The notes under the pieces: generated by a model | Seen by the model: the letters and a program-made list of their open reading frames with translations, nothing else | The model's database searches: none | What the model was told of the DNA's origin: nothing | Program-made: the position numbers and the translations under genes | Origin: Escherichia phage vB_EcoM_ASO1B | Length of the DNA stretch: 64,000 bases | Sequence record: MZ726792.1 | Reading direction: 5' to 3' (one strand) | In this document: positions 52,591-63,061 of the stretch, in pieces | How the letters are laid out: every line of letters starts with the position of its first letter | How positions within the stretch are numbered: the first letter of the stretch is position 1

Positions 52591-54981
52591 ATGGCAGATT
52601 ACAAGTTGAGTGAATTAAACTCAATCGATACAATCCGTTCAGATGACCTTCTTCATGTCAGGGTTAAAAAGAGACCTGAAATGCTAGGTGATGAAGACCG
52701 TCGAATGACCTATCAAGATTTCTTAGCATCTTTTAAACTTGAAAGATTTGTTCAGATTGCTGGTAGTACTATGACGGGTGACTTAGGGATTGTTAAGTTA
52801 CTCTATGGTGGCAAGGCAGTATTTGACCCAACAGGTTCTTCTGAGATTACTATTGGGGATGTTTTAAAGACTTTTAAAATCAACGCAAATGGCCTTAAAC
52901 TAACTATCGCAGATGCTTCAAGGTCAGCAACTGTTTATCATACTCTGAATAAACCAAGCCCTAATGAACTTGGTATGAGAACTAATAAAGAGAATGATGC
53001 AAGATACTCAAAATTAGCTGTAAATAATACCTTTAGAGGTACTCAAGCTATCCTCTCTGACAATGAAGCGCTCATTATTAAAAATATCACTCAAGGTGCC
53101 CCACTCTATCTTCGTGGTCAAGATGCAGATGGTACTAACAGATGGTATCTAGGTAATGATAATAGGGGCACAAATAATCTTGTATTGAAGAATGTAAAGT
53201 CTGACGTTTCAATTGCTATTTTAGAGAATTTGGTGACAGTCAACAGAACTCTTCAAATTGCTGGCCAAGTTCAGCCTTCAAGTTTTGCTAACTTAGATGC
53301 TAGGTATTTTACCCAGACAGCAGCTAATCAGAGATTTGCGCAGTTAGCTGGTAATAACACTTTTACTGGTACTAACACTTTCTCTAATTTTGTTGCTAAG
53401 AAGAATGCTGAAGCCATCACTCTACAAAATGTGGACACTGCCCCCTCTTTATATATTCGAGCAAGAAAGTCAGATGGGAATTATAAGTGGTACATTGGTA
53501 ATGACGGTGATGAGAACATTTTAAAAATCTATAACTATCTAACAAAAACACAAGTCTCACTAGGTAACACTATTGCCATGAGCAAAACAGTTCAAATTGA
53601 TGGTCAAGTACAACCTTCTGATTGGACTAACATTGATTCTAGATATATTCCGGCAGCCACTTTGAGTAATCTCCCTAAACTTAATGTGTCTAATACTTTC
53701 ACAAATGTGCAAACTATTGTATCTAACAACGAGGGTTTGGTATTAAGGAACTTGACACAGGGGCGGCCACTATATATCCGTGGTGTTGATACTGAGAATG
53801 TTTCTAGATGGTGGTTAGGTGTAGGTGGTTCAAACTCTAATGTGGTAACACTTAACAACAACTATTCTAACACTAAAATCGCACTTGGTGGCTCATCAGT
53901 AATGACTAACAAGAGCTTAGCTATTACTGGTCAAGTACAACCTTCTGACTTCTCTAACTTAGATGCTAGATACTATACCCAAGCTGCCGCAAACGCAAGA
54001 TATATGCTTGCAAGCATCACTGGTTCGGCTTCTGAAGCAGATGGTGGTGGTGGTGTTGCATGGGATGCAAAAACAGGTCTTTATAAGGTTACTAACACCA
54101 CTGGACGGTATTCTTCACTTGTATATCACATGTTTTTAGGGACTGGTTCTACACCGTCTGCACAATTAAAGTTTTCGTTTAAAAATGGTGGGATGTGGTA
54201 TAGAGCATCAAGAGATGCCTATGGCTTCGAAGTTAATTGGTCTAAAGTTTACACGGAAGCACAAAAACCAACCCCTTCAGAGATTGGTGCATACACTAAA
54301 GCTGAAACTGACCAGAAAATTGCAACAGCAATTAGTGACTCTACAGACCTTAATAAAATCTATCCAGTAGGTATTGTGACATGGTTTAACAGCAATGTTG
54401 ACCCTAATACAGCACTTCCTGGTCTAACTTGGACGTACCTGAACAATGGTGTTGGTAGAACTATCAGAATTGCAGCAGCAAACGGTTCAGATGTTGCTAC
54501 AACTGGTGGTTCAGATTCTGTGACGTTAGCTGTTGGTAACTTACCATCACACACCCATAGTTTCTCTGCTACCACTTCATCTTTTGATTATGGTACGAAG
54601 AACACTAATAGCACTGGTGGTCATACTCACTCTGTAAGTGGTACAACAAGTGCTGCTGGTAACCACGCTCACCACTTAGGTCTGTTATTGGTTAATGGTG
54701 GTGATGCTCAGTATGGTTACACAACTGTTAGCAACAGCAAGACAAGAACTCTTGACTGGCTTGATAGAAAAGATAACAAATTCCCTAACACTAACACAAC
54801 TGGTAACCATACACACACATGGTCTGGTACTACAAGTAACACTGGTGCTCACACCCACTCTGTAGGTATCGGTGCTCACACTCATACAGTTAGTGGTAAC
54901 ACTGGTGGTACAGGTTCTGGTTCAGCATTCAGTGTTACTAACCAGTTCTACAAGTTAATGGCTTGGGTAAGAACTGCTTAA
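52591..54981 (+). CDS. long tail fiber protein with internal domain repeats and C-terminal HxH repeats
   Basis: 796 aa; three repeats of ~110 aa (LQIAGQVQPSxFxNLDARYxTQ); C-terminal HTHS, GNHAHH, GAHTHSVGIGAHTH; ends NQFYKLMAWVRTA. Confidence 0.6.
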   Translation: MADYKLSELNSIDTIRSDDLLHVRVKKRPEMLGDEDRRMTYQDFLASFKLERFVQIAGSTMTGDLGIVKLLYGGKAVFDPTGSSEITIGDVLKTFKINANGLKLTIADASRSATVYHTLNKPSPNELGMRTNKENDARYSKLAVNNTFRGTQAILSDNEALIIKNITQGAPLYLRGQDADGTNRWYLGNDNRGTNNLVLKNVKSDVSIAILENLVTVNRTLQIAGQVQPSSFANLDARYFTQTAANQRFAQLAGNNTFTGTNTFSNFVAKKNAEAITLQNVDTAPSLYIRARKSDGNYKWYIGNDGDENILKIYNYLTKTQVSLGNTIAMSKTVQIDGQVQPSDWTNIDSRYIPAATLSNLPKLNVSNTFTNVQTIVSNNEGLVLRNLTQGRPLYIRGVDTENVSRWWLGVGGSNSNVVTLNNNYSNTKIALGGSSVMTNKSLAITGQVQPSDFSNLDARYYTQAAANARYMLASITGSASEADGGGGVAWDAKTGLYKVTNTTGRYSSLVYHMFLGTGSTPSAQLKFSFKNGGMWYRASRDAYGFEVNWSKVYTEAQKPTPSEIGAYTKAETDQKIATAISDSTDLNKIYPVGIVTWFNSNVDPNTALPGLTWTYLNNGVGRTIRIAAANGSDVATTGGSDSVTLAVGNLPSHTHSFSATTSSFDYGTKNTNSTGGHTHSVSGTTSAAGNHAHHLGLLLVNGGDAQYGYTTVSNSKTRTLDWLDRKDNKFPNTNTTGNHTHTWSGTTSNTGAHTHSVGIGAHTHTVSGNTGGTGSGSAFSVTNQFYKLMAWVRTA

Positions 54982-55060
54982 TCCCTTGTTGACTGATTGT
55001 TAAGATGGTGTTAATATTCTTTATGGGTATTCTCACCATCTTGGCTGATGAGGTGATTAA

Positions 55061-55258
55061 ATGCCTACAATCCTAGCAATTCTTCTAAAAAATCTAGGTA
55101 GCTTCTTCTGGAAACTCATTTTATCCCTTCTAAGTGAATACATGATTGAGAAAGTGTTCTTTAGGCTTGCAAGATACCTTGCGAGTAAAACAGACACACC
55201 TATTGATGATGAGTTCGTAGATAACTTAGAAAAAGCTTTTAAGGGGGAGAATAAATGA
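55061..55258 (+). CDS. small membrane protein (holin candidate)
   Basis: 65 aa, hydrophobic N-terminus, charged C-terminus; follows tail fibers. Confidence 0.35.
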   Translation: MPTILAILLKNLGSFFWKLILSLLSEYMIEKVFFRLARYLASKTDTPIDDEFVDNLEKAFKGENK

Positions 55259-55626
55259 AGTGGCTAGAGGAAGCTTTTAAAAATAATATTGGTGCAATTG
55301 TTGTTGGTATTTTTAGTGTTATTGGGATGTATACCACTATGCAAGTTTCAAGTGGTAAGCAAGAAGTGTCTGTCACAACAAAGTTACAGCAGCTAGATAA
55401 TTATTCCAAAAGTAACTATTCAGCTATTCGTGATTTACAGTCTGACATGAGACTGATTCAGCTAGGGATGGAGAACCAGAAAGTTCAGTTAGAGAACGTT
55501 AAGGGTGAGAATGCAAAACTTACCAAAACTCTTGATAAATTCTCTGACAGTGTGAATAATCTGGCTCAATCAGTATCAGCCTTGCAAGCTATTACTGAAA
55601 AGAACACAAAGAATACTGAAAAATAA
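55255..55626 (+). CDS. membrane-anchored coiled-coil protein
   Basis: 123 aa; TM segment IGAIVVGIFSVIGMYTT. Confidence 0.4.
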   Translation: MKWLEEAFKNNIGAIVVGIFSVIGMYTTMQVSSGKQEVSVTTKLQQLDNYSKSNYSAIRDLQSDMRLIQLGMENQKVQLENVKGENAKLTKTLDKFSDSVNNLAQSVSALQAITEKNTKNTEK

Positions 55627-55633
55627 AGTTTAA

Positions 55634-55659
55634 GGCTCCTTTTTACGGGAGCCTTTTTT
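55634..55659. terminator. bidirectional intrinsic terminator between convergent genes
   Basis: GGCTCC-TTTTTAC-GGGAGCC hairpin flanked by A/T runs on both sides. Confidence 0.6.
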
Positions 55660-55662
55660 GTT

Positions 55663-56562
55663 TTACTTGCCTACTGACAGAGGTGCTTCAATCTTCCCTG
55701 CATGTTGGTAGTTGTTAATTCCACCAATAAAGTCACTTGCAGTAAGATGTTTTAAGTCACTTAAAGTGTTAAGCTGTACACCAATCTCAAAAGTAGGTGC
55801 ATGGAACTCTTCATTGTTCATCAGTTCATAAACCTGCTTCATATGGTTCTGATAAATCTGAGTATCTCCAAAGACACCTATCAAGTACCGTGGAGTGTAT
55901 CCAGTCATCTTGCAAAGAACTTCCAGAATAAAACCATAAGACGCAATATTAAATGGAAGTCCTAAAAAGGTGTCTACAGAACGTTGATACCATTGTAAGT
56001 CAACTTCACCTTCATTAGTGATATAAATCTGAAACAGAACATGACAAGGTGCTAAAGCCATTGAGTTTGCTGCAATATCTGCTGCATTCCAAGCATTAAC
56101 AAGCATGTAACGGTCTGTGATATCACCCTTCATCTTCGTTACTAAGGCCTCTAACTGGTCTACAACACAACCATTATGACCTTCGAAGTTTCTCCACTGA
56201 ACCCCGTAGATTCTCCCACCTGCATCTTCTAACCAGTCTTGCTCAGAAGAATAGTTAGAGCTTAACCAACGTTTAAAATCATCTGACCAGATGGTCCAAC
56301 GTTCTCCATCATTTTCACCCCAAGTGCGATAACGGAGTTCACCAAGTTTATTCTCACCATTCAGGAACCATAAAGCTTCCCCAATAACTTGCCGTGTAAA
56401 CACCTGTTTAGATGTTAAGAGTGGGAAACCAGTTCTCATATCAAAACGAAACTGTGGTGGAGCAAATGCAGAGATAACATCCCCAGTTCGTGTAGTACGC
56501 AGTTCACCAACGGATAAAACATGGTTCAGGATATTTTTGTAACTCAAATCAGCTTGTGACAT
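55663..56562 (-). CDS. td: thymidylate synthase (ThyA-type)
   Basis: 299 aa; active-site block LAPCHVLFQ and ThyA-like N-terminal region; no intron apparent. Confidence 0.85.
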   Translation of the reverse strand: MSQADLSYKNILNHVLSVGELRTTRTGDVISAFAPPQFRFDMRTGFPLLTSKQVFTRQVIGEALWFLNGENKLGELRYRTWGENDGERWTIWSDDFKRWLSSNYSSEQDWLEDAGGRIYGVQWRNFEGHNGCVVDQLEALVTKMKGDITDRYMLVNAWNAADIAANSMALAPCHVLFQIYITNEGEVDLQWYQRSVDTFLGLPFNIASYGFILEVLCKMTGYTPRYLIGVFGDTQIYQNHMKQVYELMNNEEFHAPTFEIGVQLNTLSDLKHLTASDFIGGINNYQHAGKIEAPLSVGK

Positions 56563-56563
56563 A

Positions 56564-57109
56564 TCAAAAGTGTCCTTTTACTTGTGGAACATAAATTTCA
56601 AAAGTTGCTTTACCATCCTCTGATGGTTTTGACTGTACCTTTGTAAATACACGGTTATCATACAGCTTCTCAAAGAAGTTTTCAAAAGGTAAATGCACAG
56701 TGGCCTCTTCAGTAACTTTATGGAAGACTGTATGGAACACCACACCAGCATACGGTAAAGCATTGACAAGGACACCTGCACCACCAATTACAAAGACATC
56801 TTCATCAATAGAACTATCAAGATACTTCAAAAATGCTCCAAAGGATTCTTTGTTGGCCTTAGCATACATTACATCATCTTTGCCAAAATCTATGCCTAAG
56901 TATGGTACAGAATTTGTTAAGATGAGATTTGCACGTTCTGGTAAAGGTTTACTCCCCAGAGTCTTGAAAGTCTCATTACCCATCACTACTAAGTTATTTT
57001 TAGTGAGTCTCTTAAACTCTTGCATGTCCTGTTTATGTCGAGGCCACGGCATACCAGTTGGAGTACCAAACTCTCCATTTTCACCACTTGCAAAGATTAA
57101 TTTAATCAT
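56564..57109 (-). CDS. frd: dihydrofolate reductase
   Basis: 181 aa; GMPWP, VVMGNETFKTLG motifs; adjacent to td. Confidence 0.8.
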   Translation of the reverse strand: MIKLIFASGENGEFGTPTGMPWPRHKQDMQEFKRLTKNNLVVMGNETFKTLGSKPLPERANLILTNSVPYLGIDFGKDDVMYAKANKESFGAFLKYLDSSIDEDVFVIGGAGVLVNALPYAGVVFHTVFHKVTEEATVHLPFENFFEKLYDNRVFTKVQSKPSEDGKATFEIYVPQVKGHF

Positions 57110-57366
57110 TTTGTAAACCCTCTCTTAATGAACCAGTTGATAACATTCTTCACAGCTTTATTGCTATGGTAGATTAAGTGCGGTGTAGGTTGGTATGAAC
57201 CATAAGCCCAGAAAGCAATGATTTCACTACACCCTGTACACCTTGTGCTCTCTTCAGCAATATGACCGTTGACTATTTCACTCACCTCACCTTGCAAGTC
57301 TGTACACCCACAATGTGGACAACGTATAGGTGTTCCATCAGACTCATAGCAGTATTCAATTTTCAT
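57106..57366 (-). CDS. small zinc-ribbon-like protein
   Basis: 86 aa; CPHCGC ... CTGC. Confidence 0.45.
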   Translation of the reverse strand: MKIEYCYESDGTPIRCPHCGCTDLQGEVSEIVNGHIAEESTRCTGCSEIIAFWAYGSYQPTPHLIYHSNKAVKNVINWFIKRGFTK

Positions 57367-57888
57367 CTATTTAACCTCAAAAACTGGCTCAAGAACCAAT
57401 ATAAAGTCTACACAGTCATCTTCTTCATCCAGAATACCATCAAAGTTCTTAGGAACGAAGTCGAAGAGGCTCATAACAAAACAGTCAGAAGTGACCTTGA
57501 TAGTTCCTCCCATGTTCTCTACAGTCAACACTGTACGACTTTCTTTTACCTCCCTCAGAAGATTACCCACAAAGTCATCTAAGAAGTACTTCATCAGTGA
57601 CTTAAAACCTTTAGGGTAATCTGTACCAGAGTATGTTTCAATCTGAGGCACAAGCTTAACATTTATACTAGTCTTTGTTAAGAACGTGTTAGAGAACATG
57701 CTATCAGGTAACTTACAAACAGTCTTTCCAGTACCTTCATGCTCAATCTCAACAAAACCAGCTTCATCGCCACATGTAACTATTTTAAAAGATGCTTCAT
57801 TCTCATACTGTGAAGCCATAAACTTTTTAAGCATCTCTTTAAGGAAATCTGCATGAGCATCTTGTAAGTAGATATCAATCATAATCAA
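57367..57888 (-). CDS. hypothetical protein
   Basis: 173-aa ORF. Confidence 0.5.
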   Translation of the reverse strand: MIMIDIYLQDAHADFLKEMLKKFMASQYENEASFKIVTCGDEAGFVEIEHEGTGKTVCKLPDSMFSNTFLTKTSINVKLVPQIETYSGTDYPKGFKSLMKYFLDDFVGNLLREVKESRTVLTVENMGGTIKVTSDCFVMSLFDFVPKNFDGILDEEDDCVDFILVLEPVFEVK

Positions 57889-57895
57889 TCACCTA

Positions 57896-58255
57896 TTATG
57901 GGAACAGACACTTAATGTCGTCGTTTTTGAAAACGAAACTTGTGTAGTTGTGACCATCAACATCTAGCCAAACAGCCTGAACATCTACACCATCAAGATT
58001 CTGGTAAAGCTCTTTGATGAAGTGGTCTTTCACAATCTGGCTGCTAGTTGTCTCCAGCTTAATGTTCGAGATTGCTGAACCTACAGCCATATAACCCATG
58101 ACACGTTTCTTCTCAGTATGCTTAATCTTACCATCTTTGTAAGCCATAATGAGATTGGAAAGAATCTTTACACCATAATACTTCTCAAGGTGAGTAGGTA
58201 CACCATAAAAGCCTAGTGCGAAATTTTCAGAGTGGATAATGTTTTCACGTTTCAT
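57896..58255 (-). CDS. hypothetical protein
   Basis: 119-aa ORF. Confidence 0.5.
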   Translation of the reverse strand: MKRENIIHSENFALGFYGVPTHLEKYYGVKILSNLIMAYKDGKIKHTEKKRVMGYMAVGSAISNIKLETTSSQIVKDHFIKELYQNLDGVDVQAVWLDVDGHNYTSFVFKNDDIKCLFP

Positions 58256-58256
58256 A

Positions 58257-58586
58257 TTAGTCTGCCAACCTTAAATTAAAATTAACACCAAATTTTTCAC
58301 ATACTTCCAACATATACTCAAGAGAGACATTCCCAGTGAGGTGGATTATGTTGGATACACGAGCTTGAGAGATGCCACAAATTTTAGCGACTTGCTCTTG
58401 AGAAAGACCTCTGGATTTAATCTCTCTCTTAAAACGATGTGCAACGAAGTCTCTCATTTCGTCTACATCCATTGGACAAATATAACTCTCCATTTCAGCC
58501 TCTCTATTAGCCTCCCAATCATCTTGTGGGGCATAAGGGTCAAAAACCTCATTCATCTTTCTTCTTCCGTTTGCGTGAAGTGTCAA
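58257..58586 (-). CDS. helix-turn-helix DNA-binding protein
   Basis: 109 aa; LSQEQVAKICGISQARVSNI resembles XRE-type HTH. Confidence 0.5.
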   Translation of the reverse strand: MTLHANGRRKMNEVFDPYAPQDDWEANREAEMESYICPMDVDEMRDFVAHRFKREIKSRGLSQEQVAKICGISQARVSNIIHLTGNVSLEYMLEVCEKFGVNFNLRLAD

Positions 58587-58761
58587 TCAATGAATCTATG
58601 TTTGTAGCCCTAACCTTTTCACGTTCATCATTAAGATAATCATCAAGAGCCTTTTCAATCTGTGAATCATCTTGACAGATGACTGTAAAGACTGTAAAGC
58701 CGTCTGTATCGTCAATTATCTTACCATAACCGCTTCTGGGATGTAACTTTTTAAGAGCCAT
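58549..58761 (-). CDS. hypothetical protein
   Basis: 70-aa ORF. Confidence 0.4.
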   Translation of the reverse strand: MALKKLHPRSGYGKIIDDTDGFTVFTVICQDDSQIEKALDDYLNDEREKVRATNIDSLIDTSRKRKKKDE

Positions 58762-58762
58762 A

Positions 58763-59152
58763 TCAAATACCTGTGCAGCTTCTGTTTTCTAAGAAATACT
58801 CCACACCATACATAGCTTTTTGCATCAAATCTTCTTTAAACTGGATACGGTGGTTGAGCATCGCCTGTACATCAATATCATCACGGTGTTTCTCTTTAAT
58901 GTTTGCAGATTGCAGGAAATACTCTGCAAGAACACGATACTGGTAGTCAGTTACCTTATCAGTCATCTCTGTTAAAGACTCTTCAGAGATTGGTTTAAGT
59001 AGTTCACCATTAGCTAGAGCAACACCTTTTACAATCTGGCAAGTATCCTCTGGGACACCTGATAAGTTCACATTTGGCAGTTCTGTTGCATTAACTGGTA
59101 AACTCATTGCCATAACCATTGCAGCAGCTAATAAAATCTTTTTCATAAACAC
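58763..59152 (-). CDS. secreted hypothetical protein
   Basis: 129 aa; signal peptide MFMKKILLAAAMVMAMSLPVNA. Confidence 0.5.
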   Translation of the reverse strand: MFMKKILLAAAMVMAMSLPVNATELPNVNLSGVPEDTCQIVKGVALANGELLKPISEESLTEMTDKVTDYQYRVLAEYFLQSANIKEKHRDDIDVQAMLNHRIQFKEDLMQKAMYGVEYFLENRSCTGI

Positions 59153-59229
59153 CTCAAAGTTATATTAAATTTTGTATGACGTTGAGTATAAAAATAAGCT
59201 ATAACACCTGAACTGTCAACAGATTTTAT

Positions 59230-59470
59230 AGCTTATTTGGCAGATTTTTTATAAGGCTACTGCCATCCTTCCATACATCACCTTACCTTACCTCACCTGA
59301 CCTGACCTGACCCTACCTAACATTACCGTGCCACACCTCACTTAAAAACCCTCTTAAAAGACTCTTAAGTGATGTAATCGAATTTTAATGTAGCTCCGAT
59401 TAACTACCCATACCTTACTCCGCCTCACCTTACCTAACCGTACCGTACCATACCTGACATAACCGTGCCT
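59230..59470. repeat. pentamer-repeat tract (minus strand AGGTN x ~10) plus ~45-bp blocks shared with 60660-60960
   Basis: CACCTTACCTTACCTCACCTGACCTGACCTGACCCTACCT on plus strand. Confidence 0.65.
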
Positions 59471-59502
59471 TACCTTATTAAAAGACCCTCTTTAAAGACC
59501 TT

Positions 59503-59527
59503 TTAAAAAGGAGCCTCCGAAGAGGCT
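59503..59527 (-). terminator. intrinsic terminator downstream of 59539-59979
   Basis: minus-strand AGCCTC-TTCG-GAGGCT hairpin followed by T-run. Confidence 0.55.
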
Positions 59528-59538
59528 ACCTAGTCAAC

Positions 59539-59979
59539 TTAGAAAGGTTTTCTGCGTTGCTTGTTAATATTAGCTTTCATAGCAGCTAAGTGATTTTGCT
59601 GTTCAATCAGTCGTGAACGTTCTTGATGACTAAGTGCCATAGTGTTCACATTCTCAATCGCTTGAGTGGCTTGCTTTAAAGCACGACCAATCTTACCAGA
59701 CATTTTGCGTTTTGCAATAGTTGCTTGATGCTTAGGTTCAACCACACGATAACCAACACCCATTGAAGCAACCAGATAAATCTTCTCTTCTTTAAGAAGT
59801 TTTTCAATAAACTTTTCAAGTCGGTTTAGACGTGTAAGCGCATAAGCCTTCATTTCATCTTCGTACTTAACAATGTCACCTTGATAAGTTGGCTTCACAA
59901 TACCTAAGAAGGTGTCCATCTCAGAATGTGATACAGTGTCACCGTAACTAAACTTTGCTGCTAATGCTTTTGTATTCAT
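59539..59979 (-). CDS. hypothetical protein
   Basis: 146-aa ORF. Confidence 0.5.
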   Translation of the reverse strand: MNTKALAAKFSYGDTVSHSEMDTFLGIVKPTYQGDIVKYEDEMKAYALTRLNRLEKFIEKLLKEEKIYLVASMGVGYRVVEPKHQATIAKRKMSGKIGRALKQATQAIENVNTMALSHQERSRLIEQQNHLAAMKANINKQRRKPF

Positions 59980-59981
59980 AA

Positions 59982-60587
<606 letters not shown>

Positions 60588-60659
60588 TTAGTTGATTGTT
60601 AAGTTGTTTGTAAAGAACCCTCAACAGAAGACTCTTTAGAAACTTGGTAGATTTTTAAC

Positions 60660-60960
60660 GTGGCTACTACCATCCACCCATACCTCACCTCACTTAACCT
60701 CACCCTACCACACCAGACATCACCTTACCATACAGCACCTTATTAAAAGACCCTCTTAAAGACCTTTTAAAAAGGTAAGTCTCATTTTAATGTAGCTGAG
60801 ACTAACTACCCGCACTTTACCGCACCGGACCTTACCGGACCGCACATCACCGCACTAAACCAGACATCACATTACCTGACCACACCAAACCAAACATCAC
60901 ATTACTTAAAAACCCTCTTAGAAGACTCTTAAGTGATGTTGGTGAGTACCCGTTGGTTTA
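60660..60960. repeat. second copy of composite intergenic repeat (ACC-rich short repeats, shared 33- and 45-bp blocks)
   Basis: shares ACTTAAAAACCCTCTTAGAAGACTCTTAAGTGATG and TTATTAAAAGACCCTCTTAAAGACCTTTTAAAAAGG with 59340-59520. Confidence 0.65.
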
Positions 60961-61002
60961 TGCTGCTCAGTATACTCACCAAATTTTCTATGTCAACAAC
61001 TT

Positions 61003-62106
61003 TTATTCATAATCTCGTATAACTAACCCAACAGGGAACTGTAAAGACCCCTTACGAGTCATCTTCTGGAACTGAACCGTTAAAGGTTTCCCGATAAACT
61101 CTTCAGGATGTTCAGCAAGATACTGTTTCTTCTCGTGTGTAGTTTTCCATGAAACATCTACAAAGACGTTAGGAAGAGTCTCTACAACGAACTTACCATG
61201 ACCACGTTTATCAGTCTTTACACCAGTCACTTTAAACTCTTCAGTGTGCATCTTCTTGTGCTTAATCAAGAAGTATGAACGGTGACAACACTCATAGAAA
61301 GATTCTTCAGAGATTGAACGGTACATTGCACCTTCAAACTGAGCTTCAACCCACTTATCATGGGCTTCATCAAACTCTTCCCAAGAATTTACACGACGAG
61401 ACTTAACAGGAACAACTTTACAGCCGTCTCTGAAGTCATTCAATGGTGAAGTCTCAATAATATCTCTACGCTCAGGCCACGTCTTAGTACTGTCACAGAT
61501 ATCATACCAGTAAAACTTGAGTAGATGTCGGTCAGGATTGTCTTCATTTTTAATCATGGAGACAATATCTTCTAAGTCCAACCCATGAGCATAGATTTCA
61601 CCATCAAATTCATCAACGTCTTTATGGAGCCTCAACATTGCCATAATGTCAGGTATTAGCTCAGTAGGAATTTTATAAATAGTGTTCTCACGAGAATATG
61701 CTGTAAATACACTACCAATACTTAAGTGTCTTGAAATTCTACAACGTACACCATCCAGTTTTGGTTGAGCATCAGCAGGGAACTTCAGATACTTTGCATG
61801 ACTAACCTTTGCAGCATCATGAGCAAGCTGTACACCTACCTTCTCAGTATTCTGTGCAGACTCTTTTGTGTAAGCATAACCTTTACGGTCAACTTGCTTT
61901 TTATACTTTGCAGCAACTTCAAAGAGAGCTTGCTGTTCAGCGTTACGCTCATTCTTTTTACCGATGTTTTTAGGTTCTGCTGTATACTCTTCAAACATCA
62001 TCTTGCCATTTTCTTTACCATAGGTTGTAATAACTTTGTCACCTACAGCAACACATGACCAGATGTTAAAAGAGCCATCTTTATTTTGTTTGTACAGTAT
62101 TGTCAT
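61003..62106 (-). CDS. ATP-dependent DNA ligase
   Basis: 367 aa; nucleotidyltransferase motif I KLDGVRC. Confidence 0.7.
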   Translation of the reverse strand: MTILYKQNKDGSFNIWSCVAVGDKVITTYGKENGKMMFEEYTAEPKNIGKKNERNAEQQALFEVAAKYKKQVDRKGYAYTKESAQNTEKVGVQLAHDAAKVSHAKYLKFPADAQPKLDGVRCRISRHLSIGSVFTAYSRENTIYKIPTELIPDIMAMLRLHKDVDEFDGEIYAHGLDLEDIVSMIKNEDNPDRHLLKFYWYDICDSTKTWPERRDIIETSPLNDFRDGCKVVPVKSRRVNSWEEFDEAHDKWVEAQFEGAMYRSISEESFYECCHRSYFLIKHKKMHTEEFKVTGVKTDKRGHGKFVVETLPNVFVDVSWKTTHEKKQYLAEHPEEFIGKPLTVQFQKMTRKGSLQFPVGLVIRDYE

Positions 62107-62107
62107 T

Positions 62108-62299
62108 TTATTCCTCTGAGTGATACCAAGTATTGCAAGTATTACATGCGTAAAGCTCTAAGTCGTTTTTATCTGGTTTATGAAAACAGTTCGCTCCGCA
62201 GTGGCAACGAAACGGCTTTCCACCAACTGTCAGGATGAAGGATTGAACCTTTCCATCAGGAGTTCGTACAGCATTTTTATGCTTATCTTCTTTGTTCAT
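62108..62299 (-). CDS. small zinc-finger-like protein
   Basis: 63 aa; CHCGANC...CNTCNTWYH. Confidence 0.45.
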   Translation of the reverse strand: MNKEDKHKNAVRTPDGKVQSFILTVGGKPFRCHCGANCFHKPDKNDLELYACNTCNTWYHSEE

Positions 62300-62454
62300 T
62301 TATCTCTTGCCTTTGTCAGATTTCATATATGACATATTACTACGCCTTTTAATGAAATGCACAACGCATTTTGGTGTATCTTTTGCATCTTTGATGTGCA
62401 ACCTTTCGAAACTGCGCACTGTGAAGGTTGCATCTGTCATTGTTTGCTTAGGTT

Positions 62455-62661
62455 TCATTTTCTCTTACCACCAATCTCTACGTCGATAACTTGAACATCA
62501 CCAGCAACATCAAACTTATGAATGATGCTCTCAACAGTATAAGTCCAACCATCAATGCGAACCAACTCACCTTCTCGTGGGACGATTGGATTACGTTGAG
62601 CTATTGTTGTAGTGGAGTGAACAACATCATAACGATAGGTATAGTTTACTAATACTTCCAT
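62455..62661 (-). CDS. hypothetical protein (start trimmed to internal Met)
   Basis: ORF-track 62455-62760 overlaps lipoprotein gene by 89 nt; internal Met at ~62661 reduces overlap. Confidence 0.35.
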   Translation of the reverse strand: MEVLVNYTYRYDVVHSTTTIAQRNPIVPREGELVRIDGWTYTVESIIHKFDVAGDVQVIDVEIGGKRK

Positions 62662-62671
62662 CGTGAAAACC

Positions 62672-62929
62672 TCACTCAATAACCGTAGTATGTGATTGAC
62701 CATTTTTGCCATAGCTATAAGATGTTGTTGTTTGAGAGTTTTGGCATCTGACAACAACAATATCTCTGCTTATAGCATCACCATTGAGTTTGTAGATTTT
62801 GCAGTCTTGCATCTCTGGAGGGAGGCTGTAAGAAGCATCTTTGTTTTCATAAGATGGGTTGCAGCCAGCCAGAAAAATTACTCCAAGTGCAACCATTGCT
62901 TTCACACAACTCTTAACCTTATTGTTCAC
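62672..62929 (-). CDS. lipoprotein
   Basis: 85 aa; signal with lipobox LAGC. Confidence 0.5.
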   Translation of the reverse strand: MNNKVKSCVKAMVALGVIFLAGCNPSYENKDASYSLPPEMQDCKIYKLNGDAISRDIVVVRCQNSQTTTSYSYGKNGQSHTTVIE

Positions 62930-63061
62930 GATAGTCTACCTCTCTGTATGTTTTTAAATAGTGAGTGATGAGTTCTGGTAAGTCACTACGTTTAACGTTT
63001 GAACGAAGAAGTGTCCAGTCAAAACCTTTACCAACCCTTCCCCAGAGACTGTACATTTTCT

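Noticed and set aside
56700-57116. 138-aa plus-strand ORF antisense to the DHFR gene
   Set aside because: DHFR on the minus strand has clear catalytic motifs; plus-strand ORF is a shadow.
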